DNA from: a phage
Reading direction: 5' to 3' (one strand)
NCBI GenBank assembly: GCA_027337125.1
Contig: GCA_027337125.1_3057.1
DNA length: 64,000 bases
The notes below the pieces were generated by a model, which ran no database searches, was not told where the DNA came from, and worked only from the letters and a program-made list of their open reading frames with translations. Of this stretch, positions 29,519 to 38,463 are shown in pieces. A program made the position numbers and the translations under genes. How positions within the stretch are numbered: position 1 is the stretch's first letter; each line of letters starts with the position of its first letter.

Positions 29519-29848
29519 ATGATTTATTGTATGAATATCGGTGATTCCGACATAAAAGAAATTTCTCTACACGGTAATCATCACGCTAATATTGTGTACT
29601 GTAATAAATTTGAGTTTGGTCATGAAAAACTTGGAGTTCTTTACTGCAATGATGTTATAGTCATGGATAAAAAGAATCTCGATGAACTTGATCGTAATTC
29701 TTTAGATGAAAATGATCGAATTTATTATGGTACTCTTAAAGTATATAACGCTTATCTTAGTGGTAAAAAGGAAAGTCTAAATGCAGAAAACGAATCCAGG
29801 TTTACAAAGACTATTTCAGATTCCGACATTTACCCTATCGAACAATGA
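29519..29848 (+). CDS. Hypothetical protein (109 aa; His/Cys-containing N-terminus)
   Basis: ATG 29519 with AAGGA RBS. Confidence 0.5.
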   Translation: MIYCMNIGDSDIKEISLHGNHHANIVYCNKFEFGHEKLGVLYCNDVIVMDKKNLDELDRNSLDENDRIYYGTLKVYNAYLSGKKESLNAENESRFTKTISDSDIYPIEQ

Positions 29849-30338
29849 CTTGACTAGTGAAATGAAGGTCAAAATTGCTGATACAGCAAGATACTCTTTA
29901 AAACAAAATCCTAATCAGGATAAAGCAGAAGTTATCGAAAGATGCCGTATTGCGGTGTACGCAGAGTTTTTTGTAGCAGATTGGCTAAGCGGATATGTTA
30001 ACAAAGGACAAGAGGATGTTAATGACCCGTATACATATGCATGGGATGTACTGGCGCATCCAAAATACTGCGGGCTTCGTGTAGAAGTCAAAACACATCA
30101 AACTGACTCACGTTGGATTTCGGTAACAACCGGATGCAGCGGAGAGTATCCATACGGTTCTGGAATAAATCTAGGGCCCATTCTGAATCACCAAGTCGCT
30201 GACTGTATAATTATATTCAACACTAAAGAAATTCATCCAGGTGTCATCAAGTACACTCCGAAGTTCATCGGTGATAGAGAAGACCTTCGTAAAGTTGTAA
30301 GAAAAAGCAACTACAACGGATGGTATCTTTCCATTTAA
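29781..30338 (+). CDS. denB: Endonuclease IV (DenB), 185 aa; start uncertain (overlaps upstream ORF by 68 nt)
   Basis: Size and position (rIIB to ndd) as T4 denB; AAAGGA RBS 8 nt upstream. Confidence 0.55.
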   Translation: MQKTNPGLQRLFQIPTFTLSNNDLTSEMKVKIADTARYSLKQNPNQDKAEVIERCRIAVYAEFFVADWLSGYVNKGQEDVNDPYTYAWDVLAHPKYCGLRVEVKTHQTDSRWISVTTGCSGEYPYGSGINLGPILNHQVADCIIIFNTKEIHPGVIKYTPKFIGDREDLRKVVRKSNYNGWYLSI

Positions 30339-30354
30339 AAATTTTCACAAAACG

Positions 30355-30385
30355 GTTTACAAACCACAAGGACTGTGGTACTATA
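30355..30385 (+). promoter_or_regulatory. Early promoter cassette (GTTTAC 30355-30360, -10 TACTAT 30380-30385)
   Basis: Near-identical to cassettes at 2711, 34138, 51432. Confidence 0.6.
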
Positions 30386-30412
30386 CAACTATCAACTGCG
30401 GAGGAGCGGAAA

Positions 30413-30676
30413 ATGAAATTTAAATTTTATTATGCTAAACATAAAATAACTGATGAGTTTGTGTCAGTTGAATATTCTAGCGATGATGAAGGTATGATTT
30501 ATACTCGCTTAGGATTATCGCATTGGGAATCTGATCAGCCTTATTTTTCAACTCCTGAAGAAATTACACGCTTAGTTAATGGTCATATGAATGACCACTG
30601 GAATGTAATTCTTTCAGATAGTCTTAAAGCGGCTATTAATAGTAATGAAATGAAAATCGCTGAGATTGAACTATGA
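30413..30676 (+). CDS. Hypothetical protein (87 aa)
   Basis: GGAGGAG RBS; ATG 30413. Confidence 0.55.
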   Translation: MKFKFYYAKHKITDEFVSVEYSSDDEGMIYTRLGLSHWESDQPYFSTPEEITRLVNGHMNDHWNVILSDSLKAAINSNEMKIAEIEL

Positions 30677-30860
30677 GTTCGTTATGGTGGTGTTTTGTTT
30701 GGTTAATTAGTATTCCAGTAATTTGTTTAACATTTACTTTTGTAATGAGGCTATTATGAAAATTTTGAATTCTGTACTTATTGCTTGTGCGTGGTGGGTT
30801 GCGCAAGTTTCGGCAGTTGTGATTGGCATTCACATTTATTACGAATATTTTTAAAAAGTG

Positions 30861-30890
30861 GTTTACAAGACTGTTCCTCTGTGGTATTAT
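30861..30890 (+). promoter_or_regulatory. Early promoter (GTTTAC 30861-30866, -10 TATTAT 30885-30890)
   Basis: Consensus early promoter. Confidence 0.55.
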
Positions 30891-30915
30891 TCTATCAACT
30901 ATGGAGGAACAGAAA

Positions 30916-31029
30916 ATGAAAAAGATTGTTAAAGCTATATGGAATGTAATTATAATTTTAGTTGTTTTGAGTATATTCCCAATCGTTTTAATGATTGATG
31001 TATTAAACGCTTACTTTGGATTTATGTGA
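30916..31029 (+). CDS. Tiny hydrophobic membrane peptide (37 aa)
   Basis: GGAGG RBS 8 nt upstream; single TM helix. Confidence 0.45.
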   Translation: MKKIVKAIWNVIIILVVLSIFPIVLMIDVLNAYFGFM

Positions 31030-31036
31030 GGAAAAC

Positions 31037-31234
31037 ATGAAGCATAAACGCAGTGCTTTTACATTTATAGAATGGTTTTTCGATAATATTTTTCCGGCTT
31101 TATTCATTTTCATGCTGATTTTTGCATTAGGTTCAGTTGTAGTTGGAATCTATTTGATGACGGTAGTCGGAATGGATATTCATCAGAATGGTTTAAAATC
31201 CGTGGTTGAAACAATTTGGAATGGTGTAAAATGA
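31037..31234 (+). CDS. Small membrane protein (65 aa)
   Basis: GAGG RBS; hydrophobic core. Confidence 0.5.
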   Translation: MKHKRSAFTFIEWFFDNIFPALFIFMLIFALGSVVVGIYLMTVVGMDIHQNGLKSVVETIWNGVK

Positions 31235-31349
31235 TGAATTTGCTGAGTGGTTGGTTTTATATTCTCATGTTTTACGTTGGTGCAAATTTTCCGTATTGGA
31301 TGGGATGGTCAACAACTGCATTTGGATTTTATACTCCCTGAGGTGAATT

Positions 31350-31565
31350 ATGAAAATTTTTAAAGATGTAAAAGTTGGCGAAATTTTTTGCTTGGATAGT
31401 GGTGATCAGTTAATTCGTATTTCACCTCTTAAGAGCACTAGCGAGAAAATGACAGTTAACGCTACTTTAGCAAACAACAGTAATGAACGTTTCTGTATTG
31501 AAAATGATACTGAAACTTATACTGTAGAAGAGTTCTGGGAATTGAGCGTCGATTGCGACGATTAA
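31350..31565 (+). CDS. Hypothetical protein (71 aa)
   Basis: GAGGTG RBS. Confidence 0.5.
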   Translation: MKIFKDVKVGEIFCLDSGDQLIRISPLKSTSEKMTVNATLANNSNERFCIENDTETYTVEEFWELSVDCDD

Positions 31566-31624
31566 TTTATTGGCCGTGTGTATTCATGCGGCCTTGGAGT
31601 AGAAAATAATTAGAGGAAATTAAT

Positions 31625-32077
31625 ATGAAATACATGACTGTTACTGATCTGAATAATGCAGGTGCTACTGTTATTGGTACAATCAAGGGTGGTGAATGGT
31701 TTTTGGGAACTCCGCACAAAGATATTTTATCTAAACCTGGATTTTACTTTTTGGTAAGTGAATTCGATGGTTCATATGGTTCATGCGTATCTGCACGATT
31801 TTATGTAGGTAATCAGCGTTCTAAGCAAGGATTCAGTGCAGTTCTAAGTCATATTCGTCAACGCCGGTCTCAACTTGCACGTACTATTGCAAATAACAAT
31901 ATGGCATACACTGTATTTTATCTGCCTTCTTCTAAGATGAAACCTCTGACGACAGGATTTGGAAAAGGTCAGTTAGCTTTGGCGTTTACTCGTAATCATC
32001 ATTCTGAGTATCAAACGCTTGAAGAAATGAACCGTATGTTGGCTGATAACTTTAAATTTGTTTTACAGGCATATTAA
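31625..32077 (+). CDS. ndd: Nucleoid disruption protein Ndd
   Basis: 150 aa; matches T4 Ndd; AGAGGA RBS. Confidence 0.85.
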
Positions 32078-32157
32078 TGAGTAATTTCCACAACGAACAC
32101 GTGATGCAGTTCTATCGTAATAATCTTAAAACTAAAGGCGTCTTCGGACGCCAGTGA
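32077..32157 (+). CDS. stp: Stp peptide (26 aa; activator of host PrrC anticodon nuclease), not in ORF track
   Basis: [26 protein letters not shown] matches T4 Stp; TAATG coupled to ndd; contains GGCGUC-UUCG-GACGCC hairpin 32137-32152. Confidence 0.8.
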
Positions 32158-32164
32158 GGAAAAT

Positions 32165-32320
32165 ATGAAATTTGTTCACGGTATAGCCTTTTTCTGTTGG
32201 TTCTTTTTATGCATCGGAACAGTAATAACTGGAGAAACTTCAGTATTTTTGCAAGCATCAGCTCAGGGCGTATTAGCGATTTTATCATTATTCGCGTACA
32301 TTGGTTCTAAAAATAGTTGA
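32165..32320 (+). CDS. ac: Ac (acridine sensitivity) membrane peptide, 51 aa, not in ORF track
   Basis: 51-aa hydrophobic peptide at ac position between stp and 52. Confidence 0.65.
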   Translation: MKFVHGIAFFCWFFLCIGTVITGETSVFLQASAQGVLAILSLFAYIGSKNS

Positions 32321-32330
32321 GGAGAATATT

Positions 32331-32489
32331 ATGAATATCGCAAAATTATTAGGAGTTATTTCATTTATTTGTTGGATAGTAGCATGTGTTTTAACTATCT
32401 GTATTGATGCCAGCAGTGTGTTTTCACAAGCTTTAGCCCAGGGTATGTGTGCATATTTAACATTTGTGTTGTTATCTACTAATGATTAA
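32331..32489 (+). CDS. Ac-like paralogous membrane peptide (52 aa)
   Basis: GAGGAG RBS; shares ICW...SVF.QA.AQG pattern with ac. Confidence 0.5.
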   Translation: MNIAKLLGVISFICWIVACVLTICIDASSVFSQALAQGMCAYLTFVLLSTND

Positions 32490-32622
32490 GAAAATCTTGG
32501 GCTATTCACTAGCCCTTGCTACTTTATTGGTAGCGTTATATTACGGAATAATGTTCGGGTTAATTCAAGTCGTGCTTTTCATTTCTGATGTTATTATGGC
32601 ACTACATTCACTAGTATGGTAA
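32482..32622 (+). CDS. Hydrophobic membrane peptide (46 aa), not in ORF track
   Basis: Uninterrupted hydrophobic ORF filling gap before gene 52. Confidence 0.35.
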   Translation: MIKKILGYSLALATLLVALYYGIMFGLIQVVLFISDVIMALHSLVW

Positions 32623-32626
32623 ATTT

Positions 32627-33955
32627 ATGCAACTGAATAATCGTGATTTAAAAAGTATCATTGATAATGAAGCATTGGCTTATGCTATGTACACGGTTGA
32701 AAATCGTGCTATCCCAAATATGATTGACGGATTTAAGCCAGTCCAACGATTTGTTATTGCTCGAGCTCTTGATTTGGCACGAGGAAATAAAGATAAGTTT
32801 CACAAACTTGCTTCTATTGCAGGTGGTGTAGCTGACCTTGGATATCATCATGGTGAAAACTCTGCACAAGATGCAGGTGCTTTGATGGCTAACACTTGGA
32901 ATAATAATTTTCCTCTGTTAGATGGTCAAGGAAACTTTGGTTCTCGTACCGTCCAAAAAGCAGCAGCAAGTCGTTATATTTTTGCTCGTGTAAGTAAAAA
33001 TTTCTATAACGTATATAAAGATACTGAATATGCTCCGGTACATCAAGATAAAGAACACATTCCGCCTGCTTTCTATTTGCCTATTATTCCTACTGTTCTT
33101 CTTAATGGCGTTTCCGGTATTGCAACTGGTTATGCAACTTACATTCTTCCTCATAGTGTTTCTTCTGTCAAGAAAGCTGTACTGCAAGCTCTTCAAGGAA
33201 AGAAAGTAACTAAACCGAAGGTAGAATTCCCAGAATTTCGTGGTGAAGTCGTTGAAATTGATGGGCAATATGAAATTCGTGGAACATATAAGTTTACTTC
33301 ACGAACTCAAATGCATATCACTGAGATTCCGTATAAGTATGATCGTGAAACTTATGTGAGTAAAATTTTAGACCCGCTTGAAGATAAAGGCTTCATTACG
33401 TGGGATGATGCTTGTGGTGAGCACGGCTTTGGCTTCAAAGTTAAATTCCGTAAAGAATACTCTTTGAGCGATAATGAAGAAGAACGACACGCAAAAATTA
33501 TGAAAGACTTCGGGTTGATTGAGCGTCGTTCTCAGAATATTACGGTTATTAATGAGAAAGGAAAACTACAAGTTTACGATAACGTAGTCGATTTAATTAA
33601 AGACTTTGTTGAAGTTCGTAAAACTTATGTCCAAAAACGAATTGATAACAAAATCAAAGAAACTGAATCAGCATTTCGTTTAGCCTTTGCCAAGGCACAT
33701 TTCATTAAGAAAGTAGTTTCAGGTGAAATCGTTGTGCAGGGTAAAACTCGCAAAGAACTGACTGAAGAACTTTCTAAAATTGATATGTATTCTTCTTATG
33801 TTGATAAACTAGTTGGTATGAATATTTTTCATATGACTTCTGATGAAGCAAAGAAACTTGCTGAAGAAGCTAAAGCTAAAAAAGAAGAAAACGAATATTG
33901 GAAAACTACTGATGTAGTTACCGAATACACCAAAGATTTAGAGGAAATCAAATGA
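32627..33955 (+). CDS. 52: DNA topoisomerase II medium subunit gp52 (GyrA-like)
   Basis: 442 aa; matches T4 gp52. Confidence 0.9.
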   Translation: MQLNNRDLKSIIDNEALAYAMYTVENRAIPNMIDGFKPVQRFVIARALDLARGNKDKFHKLASIAGGVADLGYHHGENSAQDAGALMANTWNNNFPLLDGQGNFGSRTVQKAAASRYIFARVSKNFYNVYKDTEYAPVHQDKEHIPPAFYLPIIPTVLLNGVSGIATGYATYILPHSVSSVKKAVLQALQGKKVTKPKVEFPEFRGEVVEIDGQYEIRGTYKFTSRTQMHITEIPYKYDRETYVSKILDPLEDKGFITWDDACGEHGFGFKVKFRKEYSLSDNEEERHAKIMKDFGLIERRSQNITVINEKGKLQVYDNVVDLIKDFVEVRKTYVQKRIDNKIKETESAFRLAFAKAHFIKKVVSGEIVVQGKTRKELTEELSKIDMYSSYVDKLVGMNIFHMTSDEAKKLAEEAKAKKEENEYWKTTDVVTEYTKDLEEIK

Positions 33956-34101
33956 GTCCATTCATTGGTATTACAAGCGCGGCGTTAGTATCCGGTAGCA
34001 TTTTACTGGCGGGTTTAGGCGTTGTTCCAGCCGTAGCAGGAGGTCTTCTTGCGTTCGGAATTCAACGTGTTATCATGACAGTTATCACAGTCATGCAGTA
34101 A
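33952..34101 (+). CDS. Small membrane peptide (49 aa), not in ORF track
   Basis: ATGA overlap with gene 52 stop; glycine/alanine-rich TM segment. Confidence 0.4.
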   Translation: MSPFIGITSAALVSGSILLAGLGVVPAVAGGLLAFGIQRVIMTVITVMQ

Positions 34102-34106
34102 TTTTA

Positions 34107-34134
34107 GGGAGAGCCGAGGCTCTCCCTTTTTTAT
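34107..34134 (+). terminator. Intrinsic terminator (GGGAGAGCC-gag-GGCUCUCCC + U6)
   Basis: 9-bp perfect stem and T-tract. Confidence 0.8.
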
Positions 34135-34157
34135 TTTAAAAATTTTTTCACAAAACG

Positions 34158-34187
34158 GTTTACAACCAAAGCATACTGTGGTACTAT
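34158..34187 (+). promoter_or_regulatory. Early promoter cassette for motA (GTTTAC 34158-34163, -10 TACTAT 34182-34187)
   Basis: Near-identical copy of the repeated promoter cassette. Confidence 0.65.
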
Positions 34188-34228
34188 ACAACTATCAACT
34201 ACTGATACAGAATTACGGAGATTAGAAA

Positions 34229-34864
34229 ATGTCTAAAGTAACTTACATCATCAAAGCTTCTAACGATGTTCTGAATGAAAAAACTGCTGCGATTTTAATT
34301 ACCATTGCTAAGAAAGATTTCATTACAGCTGCAGAAGTTCGTGAGGTGCATCCAGATTTAGGTAATGCAGTAGTTAATAGTAATATTGGGGTATTGATTA
34401 AAAAAGGCCTGGTGGAGAAATCTGGTGATGGATTAATCATTACTGGTGAAGCTCAGGATATTATTTCAAATGCAGCAACTTTATACGCGCAAGAAAACGC
34501 TCCTGAACTGCTGAAAAAACGAGCAACTCGTAAAGCTCGCGAGATTACTTCTGATATGGAAGAAGATAAAGACCTCATGTTAAAACTGCTAGATGAAAAT
34601 GGATTTGTTCTTAAAAAGGTTGAAACTTACCGCAGTAACTATCTTGCTATTTTAGAAAAACGCACTCACGGAATTCGCAATTTTGAAATTAACAATAATG
34701 GAAACATGCGAATTTTTGGATACAAAATGATGGAACATCATATTCAGAAATTTACTGACATCGGAATGTCATGTAAAATCGCTAAAAACGGTAATGTGTA
34801 TCTTGACATTAAACGCTCGGTAGAAAACATTGAAGCTGTAATCACTGTAGCATCTGAACTGTGA
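34229..34864 (+). CDS. motA: MotA middle-transcription activator
   Basis: 211 aa; matches T4 MotA. Confidence 0.92.
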   Translation: MSKVTYIIKASNDVLNEKTAAILITIAKKDFITAAEVREVHPDLGNAVVNSNIGVLIKKGLVEKSGDGLIITGEAQDIISNAATLYAQENAPELLKKRATRKAREITSDMEEDKDLMLKLLDENGFVLKKVETYRSNYLAILEKRTHGIRNFEINNNGNMRIFGYKMMEHHIQKFTDIGMSCKIAKNGNVYLDIKRSVENIEAVITVASEL

Positions 34865-34874
34865 GGAATAAATA

Positions 34875-35204
34875 ATGAACAAGTTAGAAATTGTCAATGA
34901 ACTTCGTCGTTGTGCAGAACCTACTCAAGAGGGTTGGGACATCTGGTATCATGGAGCTTATCTTGGAACTATCGTAAAGATTAAGACTGGTAAATACATG
35001 ATTATTCGTGAAAGTAAAGATGCTCCAGTAGGTATTCGTAATAATTTTATGGCAGCGATAAGTTCCTTTACAGATGCAGCTTACGAAATTTATCTTGCTG
35101 ATTATAAAGAATTCCAGGAATCTCAACCGGTTATTCGCTCAATTGGTGTTAACAAAGCTCAACAGAAAACTTTGTGGCAACGTATTAAAGGATGGTTTAA
35201 ATGA
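34875..35204 (+). CDS. Hypothetical protein (109 aa)
   Basis: GAGGAA RBS. Confidence 0.55.
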   Translation: MNKLEIVNELRRCAEPTQEGWDIWYHGAYLGTIVKIKTGKYMIIRESKDAPVGIRNNFMAAISSFTDAAYEIYLADYKEFQESQPVIRSIGVNKAQQKTLWQRIKGWFK

Positions 35205-35662
35205 AAACTTTTAAAGAACGTTTAGCTCTGTTAGATAAAGCTTTGTTACGTGAGACTCCGGAAAGTCTGGCTGCTAAATTAGCTTCTTACAGTGGTGAAT
35301 ATACAGAACAAAATGTTTTAGATGAAGTTCCTGAAATATGTTGGCAGACTGCGTATTGGGATGAAAACCAAAAGTATCAACGACGAATTGTCTGTGCAGC
35401 CAACCGTTTTAAATTAAAAGATGGACGAACTCTCGTTATTCCAGGTGCTCGTCATTATTCTAAAGATATGGCAGAAGTTTTAGATGTAGTTAAACCTCAA
35501 TTAGTTACTCAACAAGTTTGTGATGATGACCAAGGGTTTATTGACCAATACAGTAATTATTGGACACGTGAAGAAGCAATGATTATTGCAACTTACGCTG
35601 GACAAGTACGTATTGAACGTGGTGGTAGTGAAAAAGAACTTTACTCTGAGGACCTTTACTAA
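35201..35662 (+). CDS. Hypothetical protein (153 aa)
   Basis: ATGA-coupled ORF. Confidence 0.55.
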   Translation: MKTFKERLALLDKALLRETPESLAAKLASYSGEYTEQNVLDEVPEICWQTAYWDENQKYQRRIVCAANRFKLKDGRTLVIPGARHYSKDMAEVLDVVKPQLVTQQVCDDDQGFIDQYSNYWTREEAMIIATYAGQVRIERGGSEKELYSEDLY

Positions 35663-35958
35663 TGAATATTAAAAAGTTTCAAATTGATGGAATTATGAAT
35701 CAAATTCAGGCACTGGAATATGCCAATAAAATGATGTCAACTAATTGGGGAATTTATGCCAATGAACCGGCATTTCAGTTCTGTAATATGGAATTCACCA
35801 AAAAGCTCGTAGGAAAAGATTATGTATGTCCATTTAGTTCTCCAGTAAATGGAATGTTAAAACCTGCTTTACGAGATCTTTATATTGCGATGAACGAAGA
35901 AATGATAAAAGAACTAAAACGTCAACTGAAGGTGATTCAATTTGGCCAGGGAAATTAA
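35662..35958 (+). CDS. Hypothetical protein (98 aa)
   Basis: TAATG-coupled ORF. Confidence 0.55.
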   Translation: MNIKKFQIDGIMNQIQALEYANKMMSTNWGIYANEPAFQFCNMEFTKKLVGKDYVCPFSSPVNGMLKPALRDLYIAMNEEMIKELKRQLKVIQFGQGN

Positions 35959-36243
35959 TTCAAAATCCGATTATTTTAATTCTCTCAATGATAAAGATAA
36001 AAATCTAATACGGCATTTTATTGTTGAGATGGGATATACTGACACACGTGATTTAAGAGAACATATATTTGAATGTGGTGTAGCTAAAAAGTTTTCATTC
36101 ACATGCAAATGTTTGAGAGAGGTAATTCAGCACTATGAACAATTTAGTCGCAAAACATAATTTTAATAAAGCTTCTGTCCATAAGGATAAAAAGAAAGCG
36201 TTTAAAGAATCTAATCGCAAACAGAAACATAAGGGGAAGGTCT

Positions 36244-36522
36244 ATGATTATTGATTCTCAGTCTGTGGTTCAATACACAATCAAAATTGATATTCTAGAA
36301 AAGCTATACAAGTTACTACCAAATTTATACCACTCAATTGTTAATGAATTAGTTGAAGAACTACATCTCGAGAATAATGATTTCTTGGTTGGAACTTATA
36401 AAGACCTCTCAAAAGCAGGGTATTTTTACGTAATTCCAGCTCCAGGAAAAAGTATTGATGATGTATTAAAAACTATAATGATTTACGTCCATGATTACGA
36501 AATTGAAGATTATTTCGAATGA
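36244..36522 (+). CDS. arn: Probable Arn (anti-restriction; McrBC inhibitor), 92 aa
   Basis: 92 aa with acidic C-terminus at arn position upstream of asiA; AAGGGGAAGG RBS. Confidence 0.5.
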   Translation: MIIDSQSVVQYTIKIDILEKLYKLLPNLYHSIVNELVEELHLENNDFLVGTYKDLSKAGYFYVIPAPGKSIDDVLKTIMIYVHDYEIEDYFE

Positions 36523-36671
36523 GTCATAATCTTGAAAAGGTAATCGAGCATAATGTAGCTCAGGAACGTGAGTCGTTCAAGGAATTCGTAGAAAAAATTT
36601 TTGAAGAAAATAACACAGACCAGTTTACAAATCAAACGTCTGATGATATTATAACAAAGTCAACTAATTGA
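36519..36671 (+). CDS. Hypothetical small acidic protein (50 aa), not in ORF track
   Basis: ATGA overlap with upstream stop. Confidence 0.35.
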   Translation: MSHNLEKVIEHNVAQERESFKEFVEKIFEENNTDQFTNQTSDDIITKSTN

Positions 36672-36683
36672 GTGGTATAGTTA

Positions 36684-36956
36684 ATGAATAAAAACATTGA
36701 TACAGTTCGTGAAATTATTACTGTTGCGTCTATTTTGATTAAATTTTCCAGAGAAGATATTGTTGAAAATCGTGCTAATTTTATTGCATTTCTGAATGAG
36801 ATTGGAGTAACGCATGAAGGTAGAAAATTAAATCAGAATTCATTCCGTAAAATTGTTTCTGAATTAACTCAAGAAGATAAGAAAACCCTCATCGACGAAT
36901 TCAACGAGGGTTTTGAGGGTGTATATCGATATCTAGAGATGTATACGAACAAATAA
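36684..36956 (+). CDS. asiA: AsiA anti-sigma70 factor
   Basis: 90 aa; matches T4 AsiA. Confidence 0.92.
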   Translation: MNKNIDTVREIITVASILIKFSREDIVENRANFIAFLNEIGVTHEGRKLNQNSFRKIVSELTQEDKKTLIDEFNEGFEGVYRYLEMYTNK

Positions 36957-37613
36957 TTATTTAGCCCTTCCTAATATTCTGGCCGCCTGAGCACATATTG
37001 ATTCAAGGCGGTCATTACTTATATGATCATTTCTATACCAGTACATGGTTATTGTTCCAGCATAGATATTATCCAAATTGAAATATGGACAACTGTACAT
37101 GTAGTTTATTTCGGGAGTAGGCTTTTTAGTTGGTAAAAAAGCAAATTTTGAGTTGGAATAATAATGACGTCCATTTAAATGAACTGTATATTCATCCATA
37201 GTTTTATCAACAGGATATCCTCCAAGTGATTTTTCACTTATTGTTGAAGGTAATTTTCCTTCATATGCTATAATATCGACAAAATAGTTTAAGTTTTTAG
37301 GGCGGAAAGAATACACCGCACTAAAGTCTGCCTCAGATGATATGTGAACTATCTGGAGTTGTTCCAGGGCGACAGATTCAAAGCGTGCATTTCTTTCCTT
37401 TTCAATAATTTCACTGTATGTTTCATACTTTGATTGCTTATAGTACTCAAAGAAACTATCTCCCCTATACCAAACAATCGCCATCATAAATAAAAGAATT
37501 ACGACAGCTACCCGGGAAGCAAGAACTTTCCCGGTAGCATTATCTTTGAACAAGCGATCTAGAACACCAAACAGAATACCAGAGGGCGAAAGTGATATTC
37601 TAGGTGCTGCCAT
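36957..37613 (-). CDS. t: Holin T
   Basis: 218 aa; matches T4 gpt; N-terminal TM then periplasmic domain; GGAGG RBS. Confidence 0.92.
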   Translation of the reverse strand: MAAPRISLSPSGILFGVLDRLFKDNATGKVLASRVAVVILLFMMAIVWYRGDSFFEYYKQSKYETYSEIIEKERNARFESVALEQLQIVHISSEADFSAVYSFRPKNLNYFVDIIAYEGKLPSTISEKSLGGYPVDKTMDEYTVHLNGRHYYSNSKFAFLPTKKPTPEINYMYSCPYFNLDNIYAGTITMYWYRNDHISNDRLESICAQAARILGRAK

Positions 37614-37632
37614 ATTACCTCCAATTTATCAA

Positions 37633-37640
37633 TATTTATA
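37633..37640 (-). promoter_or_regulatory. Late promoter TATAAATA for t
   Basis: Exact octamer on - strand about 20 nt upstream of t ATG. Confidence 0.7.
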
Positions 37641-37658
37641 ACTGAGAGGTATTATCGT

Positions 37659-38432
37659 TTAAATCCAGGAGCCGTAGATCGTGCCTGTAGCACCCCATGA
37701 CGGTGAACTTCCGAATACTGCTCTGCCAGGAGCACCACCGCCAGATCTAGATAAGTGATTACCCCATCCATCTCCGCCCCGACCTCCAGCATCACCGCCA
37801 TTGCCTCCGCCGAATTGGGAAGTGTAGCCGGCACCGCCCGGCGCGTCATAACTAGCATTACCACCCGGCCAATTAACGCCGCCTCCGCCGATGCCAAATG
37901 GTCTACCGCCACCGCCACCTGCTGTAGCATTTGGCGCCCAGCTATTCTTTAATGACACTGCACCACCACCGCCACCGCCTGATGCAATAACGCCATAGTT
38001 CCAAATACGAAGTCTTCCGCCGATATCATTTTGGATTACATCGCCGCCATTTGTGCCTGGGTTTCCATTTACGCTACCGTTACCACCTCGTCCCCACATA
38101 TGAACTCCACCATGAATATTCAAAGTAACATATTCATTTGGTGTATCTCCGTACATGAAGAATAAAGGAACGTCTCTAGAATATGATACCAAATTTCCAG
38201 TGATATTAAACACTATAGGTGCACTACCTGCCTCAAAACATCTATCTCGGAACCATTGACCATTGAAGTTATGGTCTGCTCCAAGTGTGTGAATTACTTC
38301 AACAGATCGACCTATCATATTACTCATCCAAAATGGAGTACCCATTCTTAATCGTTGGGCCGCGCCGCCCATCCAATTTTGTCCTGTATTAACTACTGCA
38401 GACGATCCTACCCACGGTCCTGTTACTGCCAT
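37659..38432 (-). CDS. 38: gp38 tail-fiber adhesin of the T2/T6 type (glycine-rich motifs separating variable segments)
   Basis: 257 aa; conserved N-terminus [20 protein letters not shown]; multiple poly-Gly stretches; GGAGG RBS. Confidence 0.88.
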   Translation of the reverse strand: MAVTGPWVGSSAVVNTGQNWMGGAAQRLRMGTPFWMSNMIGRSVEVIHTLGADHNFNGQWFRDRCFEAGSAPIVFNITGNLVSYSRDVPLFFMYGDTPNEYVTLNIHGGVHMWGRGGNGSVNGNPGTNGGDVIQNDIGGRLRIWNYGVIASGGGGGGAVSLKNSWAPNATAGGGGGRPFGIGGGGVNWPGGNASYDAPGGAGYTSQFGGGNGGDAGGRGGDGWGNHLSRSGGGAPGRAVFGSSPSWGATGTIYGSWI

Positions 38433-38444
38433 ATAAACCTCCAA

Positions 38445-38458
38445 GGGGCCGAAGCCCC
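38445..38458 (-). other. UUCG hairpin (GGGGC-UUCG-GCCCC) between 37 and 38, immediately upstream of the gene 38 SD
   Basis: Perfect stem and tetraloop on - strand RNA; no U-tract. Confidence 0.55.
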
Positions 38459-38463
38459 TCTTA

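Noticed and set aside
35942-36160. 72-aa track ORF between 35662..35958 and arn
   Set aside because: No ATG/GTG start with RBS in frame (track uses TTG overlapping the upstream gene); a 39-aa basic ORF at 36135..36254 in another frame is equally weak. Left unannotated; may be a decayed gene.
37652-37952. Overlapping ORFs (92 aa on - strand in another frame, 65 aa on + strand) in the gp38 region
   Set aside because: They arise from the GC-rich glycine-codon repeats of gp38 and translate to Ala/Val/Pro-rich nonsense; gp38 is the real gene.
37700-38000. Short GC-rich repeats (ccgccaccgcc and variants) that could look like a repeat array
   Set aside because: Irregular length and spacing and they sit inside the gp38 reading frame encoding poly-Gly; not CRISPR or satellite repeats.
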